A stretch of DNA of 64,000 nt from an uncultured Planctomycetota bacterium. GTDB lineage: Bacteria > Planctomycetota > Phycisphaerae > Sedimentisphaerales > Anaerobacaceae. Location of the stretch: assembly GCA_963750205.1 (NCBI GenBank), contig CAVVRJ010000016.1, positions 163,400 to 227,399 on the forward strand, in the 5' to 3' direction. Shown here in pieces: positions 12,117 to 22,110 of the stretch. Under the pieces are notes generated by a model. It saw nothing but the letters and a program-made list of their open reading frames with translations. It had not been told where the DNA came from and did not search any database. Each line of letters starts with the position of its first letter. Position 1 is the stretch's first letter. The translations under genes and the position numbers were made by a program.

Positions 12117-13019
12117 TTGGGAGACGGGAAAATGGAGACGATGCAATTCGAGCCGATGTCGGTGGGCCGGATCTTCGACCGGGCCTTCGCAATCTACCGC
12201 AACAACTTCCTGCGTTTCGTCACCATCGTGGCGATCATCGAAGTGCCCCTGGCGCTGTTCTCGATTGCCACCAGCTCGTGGACGGAAACGAGAGGGACGC
12301 CTCATCAGACCTTCTTCGAGCGAATGAAAGCCCTACAAGAAGACCCTCGCGCTGCAGCCGAGCGAGATACTCGGGACGACAAGGCACCCAGCCCCCTCGG
12401 CTTCGTGGGCCGAGGCATTACGGTCCTGCTGACGATGGTGGGAACCATGCTCTGCCAGGCGGCCCTGATCAAGAGCGTCTCGGAGACGTATCTGGGCCAT
12501 GAAATCACGATCGGGCAAGCCTACCGATTTGCTCTCCCGAAGTCAGTGACGTTGGTCTTGGCCACCCTCTGCGTCGGCTTGGTGACCGGGCTTGGATTCC
12601 TGCTGCTCATCATCCCCGGCGTGATCTTCAGCTTGTGGTTCTACCTCACCGCACCGGCCATTGTCGTGGAGAATCACTCGGTTGGCAATGGGATGTCGCG
12701 TAGCAAGGCCCTGGTCGGGGGCAATCTGGGCAAGGTCTTTGGCGTCATGTTTCTGGCCGTCCTCATGAACTGGGTCATCTGGATCCTGTTCCTTCTCCCG
12801 GAAAGTTGGATTAACAGGATGCTGCCGGCCGATAGCGCGACGTTTCGGTCGTTCGTGAGCTACCTCGGCGGCACGGTCAGCACGATCCTGACGATGCCGA
12901 TCGGCGCCACCGCTTCCATCCTGCTGTACTACGATCTGCGCATTCGTAAGGAAGGCTTCGATTTGCAGATGCTCGCCCAGAGCATGACCGGGGAGCAAGG
13001 GGACTTGCGTGCGGCTTAG
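12117..13019 (+). CDS. polytopic membrane protein (GP-PDE-membrane-domain/DUF975-like)
   Basis: N-terminus FDRAFAIYRNNFLRFVTIVAIIEVPLALFSIA plus 5-6 further hydrophobic segments. Lies immediately upstream of the DUF4129 gene. Confidence 0.4.
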   Translation: MGDGKMETMQFEPMSVGRIFDRAFAIYRNNFLRFVTIVAIIEVPLALFSIATSSWTETRGTPHQTFFERMKALQEDPRAAAERDTRDDKAPSPLGFVGRGITVLLTMVGTMLCQAALIKSVSETYLGHEITIGQAYRFALPKSVTLVLATLCVGLVTGLGFLLLIIPGVIFSLWFYLTAPAIVVENHSVGNGMSRSKALVGGNLGKVFGVMFLAVLMNWVIWILFLLPESWINRMLPADSATFRSFVSYLGGTVSTILTMPIGATASILLYYDLRIRKEGFDLQMLAQSMTGEQGDLRAA

Positions 13020-13735
13020 CTTCGTCAGTGTTGGCGCAGCCCTTGTTCTGCTGCTGTGTGGCGTCGCGACCGCCGGGTCCCGGGGCCGAACAACATCGAC
13101 CTCCGCCTCGGCGGATTACGCGCGGGCGGATGCTGAGACGATCCGGGCGCACTTAGAGGGCATCCTCTCCGATCCGCGGTTTGCCGCGCATAAAACGTTC
13201 TGGGACTGGCTCAGGGAAAGACTGCGACGCTGGGGAGGCCCCCATCTGTCCCCCGAGTGGGGGAGGTTCATCGCCTGGGCGGTTGCGGCTTGGTGCCTTC
13301 TCTCGCTGCTGGCCATTCTTGGCGACCTCGGCTGGACGATCTGGCTGCTGGTCCGCCCGGAGAAACGCACCTCGATGGCAGAAGTGCCCGGTGGCTCGGA
13401 GAGGTATGAGAACGCGTCGTTCGAGCAGCTTTGGGAACGTTCCGCCGGGCTGGCCCGGGCCGGAGAGTTTCGCGGCGATTGGCGTCCTGCTGGTGGCGCT
13501 GCTGCGCCGGCTGGACGCCTTGAAGGTGCTACACTTCCACAAGAGCAAGACCAACGGCGAATACGTTCGTGAGTACCCGGGCGAGCGCGCGGGCCGACGC
13601 GAATTTGTGCAATTCATCACCGCGTTCGAGCACAGCATTTACGGCGGCTCCGAGGCGGCCGGACCCACTTACGATACCATGACCATCCTGGCGCAACAGG
13701 TCCTCCGCGATGCCTCCGAAAAACCCCAAATCTGA
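13009..13735 (+). CDS. DUF4129 domain membrane protein (one apparent frameshift near 13440)
   Basis: Signal/TM N-terminus plus second TM (FIAWAVAAWCLLSLLAILGDLGWTIWLL). The C-terminus in frame 13181..13735 carries LKVLHFHKSKTNGEYVREY...FVQFITAFEHSIYGG, which is DUF4129-like. Confidence 0.5.
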
Positions 13736-14987
13736 GTATACGATCCTGACCGTGCTGGGGTTGGTCACGGCCCTCGCGCTGGGGTGGATGGCCTGGCGCG
13801 GGATGCTGCGCGAGCAGCGCGAGGGGCGGACGGGCGTGCGCACGACGCGCTCTACCAGCGATGACGGCATGCTCATTGGCTACACGCTTTTCGAACGCTT
13901 GGGCCTGCCCGTAGAGCGCTCGAACCAGATGCTCCTGGCGGATCAGCTCGACGGCGTGGGAACGGTCTTCCTGATCGACCCGCTCGTGCCGGTCGGTGCC
14001 GTCGAGACGGAGGACCTGGGTGCATGGGTCGCGCACGGCGGCGTGCTGGTCACCACGGAACTCATCGCGAATCTGTCCCCCGCAACACGAAAGCTCGCCA
14101 AGGAGATACCGACGCCCTCCCCGCAACGTCACCGGCATCCGACCGAAGAGGGGCGCTTCACGAAGGTGCCTGAAGAGGCGAAATCGTTGCCTCTGGCGCG
14201 AGACGTCTCCGGCATCTTTGTCGAGACCAGCGACGTGCTTCCAGCACGCCCGCCGGACTCGAACGCCCCGACGAGCATCCTGGAGCCGCTCTTCACGGCG
14301 GGTACCGGCGTGCGCATCGCACAATGGGGAGTGGGCCGGGGCCGCGTCATTCTCCTTTCCGATAGCTCGTTCCTGGCCAACGTGAATACCGCCCAAGGCG
14401 ACAATGCCATCCTGGCAACCAATCTCGTCTCCTATGCGCAGGCTCAAGCGACAAGTCCACGAATTGTATTCAACGAGTTCCACTACGGCTCCGGCGGCTT
14501 CGGCCAGGGAATGGGCGTCCTGGCGGTCATGCTTTTCACCACCAGCCCCGGATGGGCGGTGCTCGCCTTGACGACCGCCGGCATCTTGTTTCTCTTTTAC
14601 CGAGGCCGGCAATTCGGACCCCGGCGGGATTTCGGCCGGCAGCGGCGTCGCTCGAAGCTGGAGTACGTGCGGGCAGTGGGCGCCACGTACCGCGCCGCCG
14701 GAGCGCATCACCTGACACTCCGGTTGATTTACACGTGGTTCCGCCAGCAATTGACGAATCGAGCCGGTTTGACTGCCAGTGCTTCGAACAGCCTCGTGGC
14801 CCAGGAGCTGGCGCGGTACGGCCGGTCCGAGGCGGCGGACTACGAGCAAATGCTGGATGAATGTGACGGGGTCCTGTCCCAACAGATGATATCGCAGCGG
14901 CAGCTCACCGCGACGTTGACGCAATTGGTACGCCTAGAGAAGGAGATTCTGCATGGATCTGGCAACGGCAAACAGCCTGGCCGGTAG
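13710..14987 (+). CDS. DUF4350 domain protein
   Basis: TM N-terminus followed by a DUF4350-like region (LGAWVAHGGVLVTTELIANL...RVILLSDSSFLANVN). Position between DUF4129 and MoxR is typical. Confidence 0.5.
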   Translation: MPPKNPKSEYTILTVLGLVTALALGWMAWRGMLREQREGRTGVRTTRSTSDDGMLIGYTLFERLGLPVERSNQMLLADQLDGVGTVFLIDPLVPVGAVETEDLGAWVAHGGVLVTTELIANLSPATRKLAKEIPTPSPQRHRHPTEEGRFTKVPEEAKSLPLARDVSGIFVETSDVLPARPPDSNAPTSILEPLFTAGTGVRIAQWGVGRGRVILLSDSSFLANVNTAQGDNAILATNLVSYAQAQATSPRIVFNEFHYGSGGFGQGMGVLAVMLFTTSPGWAVLALTTAGILFLFYRGRQFGPRRDFGRQRRRSKLEYVRAVGATYRAAGAHHLTLRLIYTWFRQQLTNRAGLTASASNSLVAQELARYGRSEAADYEQMLDECDGVLSQQMISQRQLTATLTQLVRLEKEILHGSGNGKQPGR

Positions 14988-15930
14988 TATAACGCAGGAG
15001 CTGGGCAAGGCCCTCGTCGGGCAGGAGAGGGTCTTGGAAGAAGCGGTGATCGCCCTGCTGGCCGGCGGGCATGCCCTGCTCGAAGGGGTCCCCGGGACGG
15101 GCAAGACCCTCCTCGGACGGGCCCTGGCCCGTGTCACGGGCACCCGCTTCCGGCGGATTCAATTCACGCCGGACCTCATGCCCTCGGACATCATCGGCGT
15201 CAATGTCTTCGATCTGGCGGCCAAGCAATTCGACTTCCGGCCCGGCCCCGTCTTCGGCGACATCGTCCTGGCCGACGAGATCAACCGCGCTCCCGCCAAG
15301 ACGCAAGCCGCTTTGCTGGAAGCGATGCAGGAGCGGCAGGCCACCGTGGACGGCAAGGCCTACCGGCTCTCCAACGTCTTCACTGTGTTTGCCACGCAAA
15401 ATCCGGTCGAGTTCGAGGGGACCTACCCCCTGCCGGAGGCCCAGGTGGACCGCTTCATGCTCAAGATCGTGATCGACTACCCGCAGGAGGCTGCCGAGGC
15501 CCAGATTCTGGACAAGGTGGAAGCGGGCTTCGACGCCGCCTTGGCCGGCTCGGAGGTCCAGCCCATGCTGGATGCCCAGAAACTCCTGGACCTTCGCGCG
15601 GCCACGCGAACCGTCCACGTCGAGGAGATAGTCCGCCGCTACGTGACGCGTGTGATTCGGGCCACACGATCCCGCTCCCAGATCACGCTCGGCGCCAGCC
15701 CGCGGGCCGGCGTCATGCTCATGCTCGCCGCCAAGGCCAAGGCCCTCCTGGCCGGCCGGGACTTCGTCAGTCCCGATGATGTCAAGGCGATGGCCCCGGC
15801 CGTGCTGCGGCATCGGATCCTGCTCTTGCCCGAGGTGGAGGTCGAGGGGCTTACTCCCGATGACTGCCTCAAAGAAATCCTCCTGGCGCGGAGGTGCCGA
15901 GGTAGAGCATGGTTCCATCCCCGCGTTTGA
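14953..15930 (+). CDS. MoxR-family AAA+ ATPase
   Basis: Walker A GVPGTGKT; FRRIQFTPDLMPSDIIG; Walker B ILADEINRAPAKTQAALLEAMQE; sensor FTVFATQNP. Confidence 0.85.
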   Translation: MDLATANSLAGSITQELGKALVGQERVLEEAVIALLAGGHALLEGVPGTGKTLLGRALARVTGTRFRRIQFTPDLMPSDIIGVNVFDLAAKQFDFRPGPVFGDIVLADEINRAPAKTQAALLEAMQERQATVDGKAYRLSNVFTVFATQNPVEFEGTYPLPEAQVDRFMLKIVIDYPQEAAEAQILDKVEAGFDAALAGSEVQPMLDAQKLLDLRAATRTVHVEEIVRRYVTRVIRATRSRSQITLGASPRAGVMLMLAAKAKALLAGRDFVSPDDVKAMAPAVLRHRILLLPEVEVEGLTPDDCLKEILLARRCRGRAWFHPRV

Positions 15931-17396
15931 TGATCCTGGTGATGGCGGCGGCGCCCCTGTTCCTGGCGGGCGCGCTCTACGAAGGGGCCGCGGCCGTCGG
16001 CGTGCTGTACGTGATCGTCCTGGCGTTGTACACGACTCTGGATGCCTTGCTGCTGCCCCGCCGCCGGCAGATCGTGGTGGCCCGAAGCCTTCCCGCGCGC
16101 ATCTCCGTTGGCTATCCGACCGCCCTGCGCTACACCGTGGAGAATCGCACGCGCCGACGCCTTCAGGTCCAACTGGCGGAGGACAATCCAGAGGAGATTG
16201 ACTTATCCTCGGCGCAAGACGATATCGTTCTCGATATACCACGCTCTCCTTTTGCTGGTATTCGAATGCTGGGTGGCAGCCTCAAGCGCAGCTTGGGGAT
16301 GGCCTACCCCGCAAACGGTAATCGGCCTGCAACCGGAGCCCAACCATCCCCAAGGCCTTCGGCCTTGAGGCTGCCACCCGGAAACTGCCGGCCTCTCACA
16401 TGTTCTCTGAATCCGGGTCAGTCGGCTGAACTCGAATGCCGTCTGACGGCGCATCAGCGCGGCACCCACCGGCTGGAACGCCTCTTCGTACGTGTGCTTC
16501 CCGCCGCGGGACTTCTGTACCGCCAGTTCACGCTGGACCTGCCGACGGAGATCCAGGTCTTTCCGAACCTGATGAACGTCCGCAAGACGGAGCTGCTGGC
16601 CCGCCGGGGCTCCAGTTACGAACAGGGACTGGCTCGACTGCGACATATCGGCCAGGGCTACGCGTTCGAGAGCCTCCGCCGCTACGTGCGGGGCGACGAG
16701 ATGACACGGATCGAGTGGAAGGTGACCGCCCGGCGGGGCGAGCTGATCGTCAAGAATTTCGAGCCGGAACGGCAGCAGAGCATCCTGGTGGCCCTGGATG
16801 TGGGCCGGGCCACGGCGGGCGAGTTCCAGGGCCTTAGCCGCGTCGATTACCTGGTCAATGCGACGCTCATGCTCGCCTTTATCGCCTTACGCCAGCGGGA
16901 CCTGTTCAGCCTGGTCGCCTTCAGCGACCGGATCGAGAGCTATCTGCCCCCGGTCTCCGGCGTCAAGAACATCGAGCAGGTCGCCCGGGCCCTGTTCCAG
17001 GTGCAGCCCCGCCTGGTCGAGTCCGACTACGACGGCGCCTGCCGTTTCCTCGGCCTGAAGAACCGCAAGCGCAGCCTGCTGTGCCTGATGACCGACGTGA
17101 TCGACCGCCAGGCCAGCGACGTGCTCCTCGCCTACATGGCCCGCTTCGCCCGGTACCATTTGCCGCTGGCTGTGACGCTGTCGAACCCGGAGTTGCAGCA
17201 AGTGGCCCATCAGCCGCTCGCCTCGTGTGAAGATCCCTACAGCAAAGCGGTAGCCCTGGACGTCCTGGCGGCCCGAGAGGAAGCACTGATATCAATGCGG
17301 CGCAAGGGCGTGTCCGTTCTGGACGTCCCCCCGAACCGCCTGACGCCGGAGTTGATCAACCGCTATACTGCCATCAAATCAATGCGACGGTTGTAG
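15909..17396 (+). CDS. DUF58 (vWA-like) protein, MoxR partner
   Basis: DUF58 signature LRRYVRGDEMTRIEWKVTARRGELIVKNFE; start overlaps the MoxR stop; N-terminal TM helices. Confidence 0.7.
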   Translation: MVPSPRLMILVMAAAPLFLAGALYEGAAAVGVLYVIVLALYTTLDALLLPRRRQIVVARSLPARISVGYPTALRYTVENRTRRRLQVQLAEDNPEEIDLSSAQDDIVLDIPRSPFAGIRMLGGSLKRSLGMAYPANGNRPATGAQPSPRPSALRLPPGNCRPLTCSLNPGQSAELECRLTAHQRGTHRLERLFVRVLPAAGLLYRQFTLDLPTEIQVFPNLMNVRKTELLARRGSSYEQGLARLRHIGQGYAFESLRRYVRGDEMTRIEWKVTARRGELIVKNFEPERQQSILVALDVGRATAGEFQGLSRVDYLVNATLMLAFIALRQRDLFSLVAFSDRIESYLPPVSGVKNIEQVARALFQVQPRLVESDYDGACRFLGLKNRKRSLLCLMTDVIDRQASDVLLAYMARFARYHLPLAVTLSNPELQQVAHQPLASCEDPYSKAVALDVLAAREEALISMRRKGVSVLDVPPNRLTPELINRYTAIKSMRRL

Positions 17397-17471
17397 AGAA
17401 ACACGTGGGTTAAGAACCCACCCTACACACTTCGGAGCTTGCCGATGGGGCGCAGGTGTGCATGGCACACT

Positions 17472-18445
17472 CTACACGCTGGAGCCTTCCCGACCGACGA
17501 GGAGCAAGTAGGTGAGCACGACGGCCGCGACCGTCAGGCCCAGGACGATCTTCACAACGCCGGACCAGTAGGAGGGCGTAATAAAACCTTCGATGAAGGC
17601 CGCGACGGCGAACATCGGGATCGTGCCCAGGACCAACAGCACGGCGTCCCGCGCGCGAGACGCAGAGAAGCCGAACGGGTCCGGAAGCCGGGGACCGCCA
17701 GTGAGAAGCCCAATCGCAGCCCGGCCGCCGCCGCAACCAGAATCGCAAAGATCTCCAGCGTGCCGTGCGGGAGGAGAAACGACCAAAGCGGATAGCTCAA
17801 GCCGTAATTCGTGAAATGTCCGGCAAAGCCACCCAGCATCATCGCGTTCATCAGCAGCATGTAGCAGGTCCCAATCCCGGCTGTGATGCCAAGGGCAAAA
17901 ACGTTGAACGCCACGGAGATGTTGTTGGCCACAATGCCCGCCGCCATCGGCGGGTTTGGCATGCGCCGGAACCGCTCGCTGACATCCTCGCTGGTGACGG
18001 CGCCCGGATCGCTGACATCCAGCCCGCGCGGCACGAACAGATAGGCATTCGCGGGCACCAGTCGCGTGGCCACGTAGGCGCCCATAGAGCCGACAAGGAA
18101 AATGGTGGTCGCCAGGGTCATATAGGGCCACAGCCGGCGAAACAGCCGAGGGTACTCCCATCGAAAGAACCGCCAGACGATACCCAGCTTGCGGGGGCTG
18201 GCGCGCCGGTACAACAACCCGTGTGCGGCAATGGCGAGCTGATTCATCCGTCGCTGGGTGCCGGAGTCCGCCTGGACCAGCCGGGCCCGGGCCACATCGA
18301 CGGCCGCCGCTGGATAGAGGCGGGTCAGCTCATGCAACTCGGTTTCCGTCAAACTCCGCAGGCCGCCTTTCTGGGCCTTGGCGACCAGCGCCCCGAGTCG
18401 GTCCCAGACGGCTCGTCGTGTCTCCGGAAAATGGCCGGCGGTCAT
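17472..18445 (-). CDS. SpoIIM/DUF95-family integral membrane protein (one apparent frameshift near 17700)
   Basis: ORF 17552..18445 (FNVFALGITAGIGTCYMLLMNAMMLGGF) continues in ORF 17472..18161 (LVLGTIPMFAVAAFIEGFITP), which is DUF95-like. Confidence 0.5.
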
Positions 18446-19266
18446 GTCTGCTCCTTCTCGATGAAATCAGGGCCCGCGGTATCGCGCGGAGCGGTGCGGG
18501 CCTGCCGCAGCAGTTCTTCAACGCGCCGCTCCAGCATCGGCAGCGTGTTCGCTTCCAGCGGCGTTCCGGTGCGTTCCAGGATGGGCCGCAACAGCTTCGG
18601 CAGCAGTTGCGCACGGGCCTCGAGGCTGAGCTGGTCCCGCCGGAGCCAGTAGTTGTACAGCAGACGATACTCCTGCGGCTTCAATTGTGCGGCCTCCAAG
18701 GCAGCCGGGGCCGGAGGGATTTCGTCCGGGACCGTCGCCTTCGTGTCAGGCTGGGCCGCATAATCCGGGATCTCCTCGGAGACGACCACCGTCCCGGCGG
18801 CCAAGTCACCCAGCCGCTGGACCTTGCGGGTCAGGAACATCACCACCCCCGCCACGGCGTACAGGCCCATCATATCCACCGCTCGCAGGAGGTTGCGGAT
18901 CGCGATAGCGTTGAAGGAAATCGCGCCCCCTTCCTGCTGAACGACGCGGATTCTCATGTACCGCTTGCCCGGCGTCTGACCGTTCAGCCAGGTTTCAAAG
19001 AGGACAAAGTAGCCCCAATAGATGAGAAAGAGCAGCACGAAGAATAGAGCGAGCACCCACGCGTCGGCCCGGCGCGCTGCGCCCGCGCCCAAGGTCACGA
19101 AGCTGACGCCGAACGCCAGAGCAAGAAGCCCCAAGACCAGCAACGCCGTGACGATCAGTACCGTATCCAGCAGACCCGCCAGAAAACGAGAGCCGATGCC
19201 GGCCAACCGCCGCTGCAAGTCGACATTCTCCGGCGTCTCGATAGTGTCGAACTCGTCCATCATCGC
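18442..19266 (-). CDS. RDD-family membrane protein
   Basis: GQTPGKRYMRIRVVQQEGGAISF within two TM helices. Probable start MMDEFDTIE near 19266; sequence upstream in the same ORF overlaps the adjacent gene. Confidence 0.6.
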   Translation of the reverse strand, partial: AMMDEFDTIETPENVDLQRRLAGIGSRFLAGLLDTVLIVTALLVLGLLALAFGVSFVTLGAGAARRADAWVLALFFVLLFLIYWGYFVLFETWLNGQTPGKRYMRIRVVQQEGGAISFNAIAIRNLLRAVDMMGLYAVAGVVMFLTRKVQRLGDLAAGTVVVSEEIPDYAAQPDTKATVPDEIPPAPAALEAAQLKPQEYRLLYNYWLRRDQLSLEARAQLLPKLLRPILERTGTPLEANTLPMLERRVEELLRQARTAPRDTAGPDFIEKEQT

Positions 19267-19267
19267 T

Positions 19268-20626
19268 TCAGAGAGTCCAGCCTTTGCGGTATTCGCGCCG
19301 GAGGAAGGCGTCCGCCTGGGAGCAGTTCGTCGCCTTGAGGGCCTTGGGGTCCCAAACGAGCTTTCGGCCCGTTCGCAGAGCGACGTTACACAACAGCGCC
19401 GCCTCGGTGAGGGCGCCGGAGTAGTCAAAGTTGCAGGTGGTGGCGCCGCCGGTCTTGCAGGCCTGGATCCATTCCTGATGATGGCCAATGGAGTTCGGAA
19501 TGAAAGGCTCGGGCCGCTGGAAGTCCGCGAACTTCTCCTGCGGCAGCAATTGATGCTTCGTGTAGTCGGCGATCAGCATCCCTTGGGACCCGAGGAACAG
19601 GACGGCGCTATTCCACTTGTCGGTGGGGATATTCTTCTCTCTGATAAAGGCCGGATACCCGCCGCCGTTGTACCAGGTGAGCGTCACGGGAGGCAGCTCA
19701 CCCCGCGCGGGGTACTCCTGCCTGGCGATCGTCCATTTCGCGGTGCTCTCCGGATGGACCGGTCCTTCGGCCTGAACTGTGGTCGGATACCGCAGCTTGA
19801 GCGCCCAGAACGCCAGATCGCAATAGTGGCAGAAGAAATCGCCGAGTTGGCCATTGGCGAAATTCCACCAGTAGCGCCACTGGAAGGGTGCGTATTGGGG
19901 GCTGTAGGGCCGGTAGGCGGCCGGGCCCAACCACAGGTCCCAATCGAGCGTCGGCGGCACGGGCAGTTGCTCTTTCGGCGCATCGGGCTGCGACATATCA
20001 GTTGGCTGGGCCGGGCCTTTGAAGTTGGCGCCCATCCACACGTGGACCTCACCGATCGAGCCGATGGCCCCGCTTTGCACGAGCTCCACGACCCGGCGGT
20101 AGTTGTTGTCGGCGTGGATCTGCGTGCCCATCTGCGTGACGAGCTTCTTGTCCCGAGCGACCTCAGCCATAACGCGGGCCTCGTACACCGTGTGAGCGAG
20201 CGGTTTCTCGCAATAGCAGTGTTTGCCGAGCTTCATGGCCATGACGGCCGCCGGGGCGTGCGTATGGTCCGGCGTGCCCACCACCACCGCGTCGATCTGG
20301 CCGTGCATCTCGTCCAGCATCTTGCGGAAATCCTTGTACCGCTTGGCCGCCGGGAACTTCTCAAATGTCCTGGCCGCGTGGGCGTCATCGACGTCGCACA
20401 GAGCCACGAGGTTTTCACTGGCCACGCCTTGGACATCGTCGCCCCCGCGTCCGGCCACGCCGATGGCGGCGATATTCAGCTTCTCATGGGCCGGCACACC
20501 ACGTACCGACCGTGGGTCTGATAAAATGATGAGACCGGAACCAGTCAAGGCCATCGTGCGAAGAAACGTGCGACGGGTCACGGGTCGAGACATCGGCCAC
20601 CGCTCCTTTCTGAGTGGCACGGGCAT
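19268..20626 (-). CDS. Gfo/Idh/MocA-family oxidoreductase with twin-arginine signal
   Basis: TAT motif RRTFLRTMALTGSG; Rossmann IAAIGVAGRG; EKP motif CYCEKPLA. Confidence 0.75.
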   Translation of the reverse strand: MPVPLRKERWPMSRPVTRRTFLRTMALTGSGLIILSDPRSVRGVPAHEKLNIAAIGVAGRGGDDVQGVASENLVALCDVDDAHAARTFEKFPAAKRYKDFRKMLDEMHGQIDAVVVGTPDHTHAPAAVMAMKLGKHCYCEKPLAHTVYEARVMAEVARDKKLVTQMGTQIHADNNYRRVVELVQSGAIGSIGEVHVWMGANFKGPAQPTDMSQPDAPKEQLPVPPTLDWDLWLGPAAYRPYSPQYAPFQWRYWWNFANGQLGDFFCHYCDLAFWALKLRYPTTVQAEGPVHPESTAKWTIARQEYPARGELPPVTLTWYNGGGYPAFIREKNIPTDKWNSAVLFLGSQGMLIADYTKHQLLPQEKFADFQRPEPFIPNSIGHHQEWIQACKTGGATTCNFDYSGALTEAALLCNVALRTGRKLVWDPKALKATNCSQADAFLRREYRKGWTL

Positions 20627-20800
20627 CCGGCTGTACTCCAGCCCGGGCGGGCGAGATGCTCATGCTCCTGGACATTTCTATCGACGGCCCCAAGTTATCC
20701 GACGTTTGTTCCGGAGTCAACGTGTCATCGGAAATGGGGCATCGAAAGACAGGATGGTCCCGCCCTCTTGACTTTCAGGCAAAGATAGGATATTATTATA

Positions 20801-21964
20801 ATGTCTGACCGCGAAGGGAAGACTGCACAGCAAGGAGGCGCGGGTGTTTCGTCTTCGCATTTCCCAAGCCCGATGATGCACGGAGCTCATCGGAGACGAC
20901 CAGGTGACTTGAGCTCAATGACGCCCGTAGAGAGAACATCGACCGCGGCACGATTGCCCTACCCTCCGGAACTGGACGAGCCCCACGTCTTGGCGGACCG
21001 GATGATTCCCCAGATGCCGACGGAGCCGGCGACGCTGGCCATGCCCGCGCAACGGGTGGCGAGCATCGATCTGCTGCGGATTGTGGCGGCCGTGGGAATT
21101 GTCTGGTTCCACACGGACGGAGCGCCGTATAGCCAGATCGGCTATGCGGGGCTGCCGGTCTTCCTGCTGATCTACTTTTCCCTGATCACGAAGCAAAGCG
21201 GGGTACACACCACCCGGGAGTTTCTGCAGCGGCGCTGGGATCGACTGCTCCAGCCGTGGCTGTTCTGGTGGGTCGTCTATGGTCTGGGCAAAGTGGTCAA
21301 AGCCGCCTACAGCATGGATTTGAGCCCGGTCGAACGCATGCTCTCGCTGCAGACTCTTTTGGCCGGCACGTGCATTCATCTGTGGTACTTGCCCTATGCG
21401 TTCGCCTCGGGATTCTTGCTCTACCAGCTTAATCGCCGGATCGTGAGAGCCAACGACACGCTGGTCATCTTCGTGGCCACGGCTGTCGGCGCGCTCACGC
21501 TGGTAGCGTGCACCGTCAGCCTGCAAGCTTTCCGGCTGGCGCCTCCGTGGCCACAGTGGGAGTTTGGGCTGGCCGCTATTCCCCTGGGGTTGGCCGTGGG
21601 ACGGTCTCTGGCGGCCCCGTCGCGCCGGGCGCAGATGGAGCGTCTGGCCGTGATCTCCGCCGTGACTATAGGAGTCTCTCTGGTTCTGATCTCCCGGGTC
21701 CCCACCTCCGCGGCGTTTCCTTACAGTCTGGCCCTCGTGCTGGTATGCCTCGCCTACGGTTGCCCAGTGAGCGGCAATGGTTTCATCGCCGCCGTGGCGC
21801 CGCTGACCCTGGGGATTTACCTTCTTCATCCGCTGGTCATTGTCGCCTTGACGCGTTTCCTCCCGGCTTCCGGGAATTACCCCGCCTTCATCCTCCTCGC
21901 GGCCCTTATTTCCGCCACCGTCACCTGGGTCCTGATGCAAACACCCCTACGAAGGTTTGTCTGA
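20801..21964 (+). CDS. acyltransferase family 3 (OatA-like) membrane protein
   Basis: IDLLRIVAAVGIVWFH N-terminal signature and about 10 TM helices. True start is likely near 21040. Confidence 0.6.
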   Translation: MSDREGKTAQQGGAGVSSSHFPSPMMHGAHRRRPGDLSSMTPVERTSTAARLPYPPELDEPHVLADRMIPQMPTEPATLAMPAQRVASIDLLRIVAAVGIVWFHTDGAPYSQIGYAGLPVFLLIYFSLITKQSGVHTTREFLQRRWDRLLQPWLFWWVVYGLGKVVKAAYSMDLSPVERMLSLQTLLAGTCIHLWYLPYAFASGFLLYQLNRRIVRANDTLVIFVATAVGALTLVACTVSLQAFRLAPPWPQWEFGLAAIPLGLAVGRSLAAPSRRAQMERLAVISAVTIGVSLVLISRVPTSAAFPYSLALVLVCLAYGCPVSGNGFIAAVAPLTLGIYLLHPLVIVALTRFLPASGNYPAFILLAALISATVTWVLMQTPLRRFV

Positions 21965-22110
21965 GAGACTCTGAACCAGGCTTATCACGCCAGAATGGTC
22001 AAGCGGCACGTTCGCGCTGCTCGTATCATTCACCCCTGATGTCCCATTGAGGAAAAAATGTGTCACAGGGCTTGCCAGCAGTGACAACCATTGGTACACT
22101 ATTGACATGA

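Noticed and set aside
14905-16242. 445-aa minus-strand ORF
   Set aside because: Antisense to the MoxR and DUF58 genes, which have unambiguous Walker and DUF58 motifs on the plus strand.
22093-22108. Sigma-54 promoter (TGGTAC-N5-TTGACA) upstream of the HTH-EIIA gene
   Set aside because: The -12 element should be TTGCW. Here it is TTGACA, which fits a sigma-70 -35 better, and no bEBP gene is nearby. It is mentioned only as part of the operator-palindrome region.
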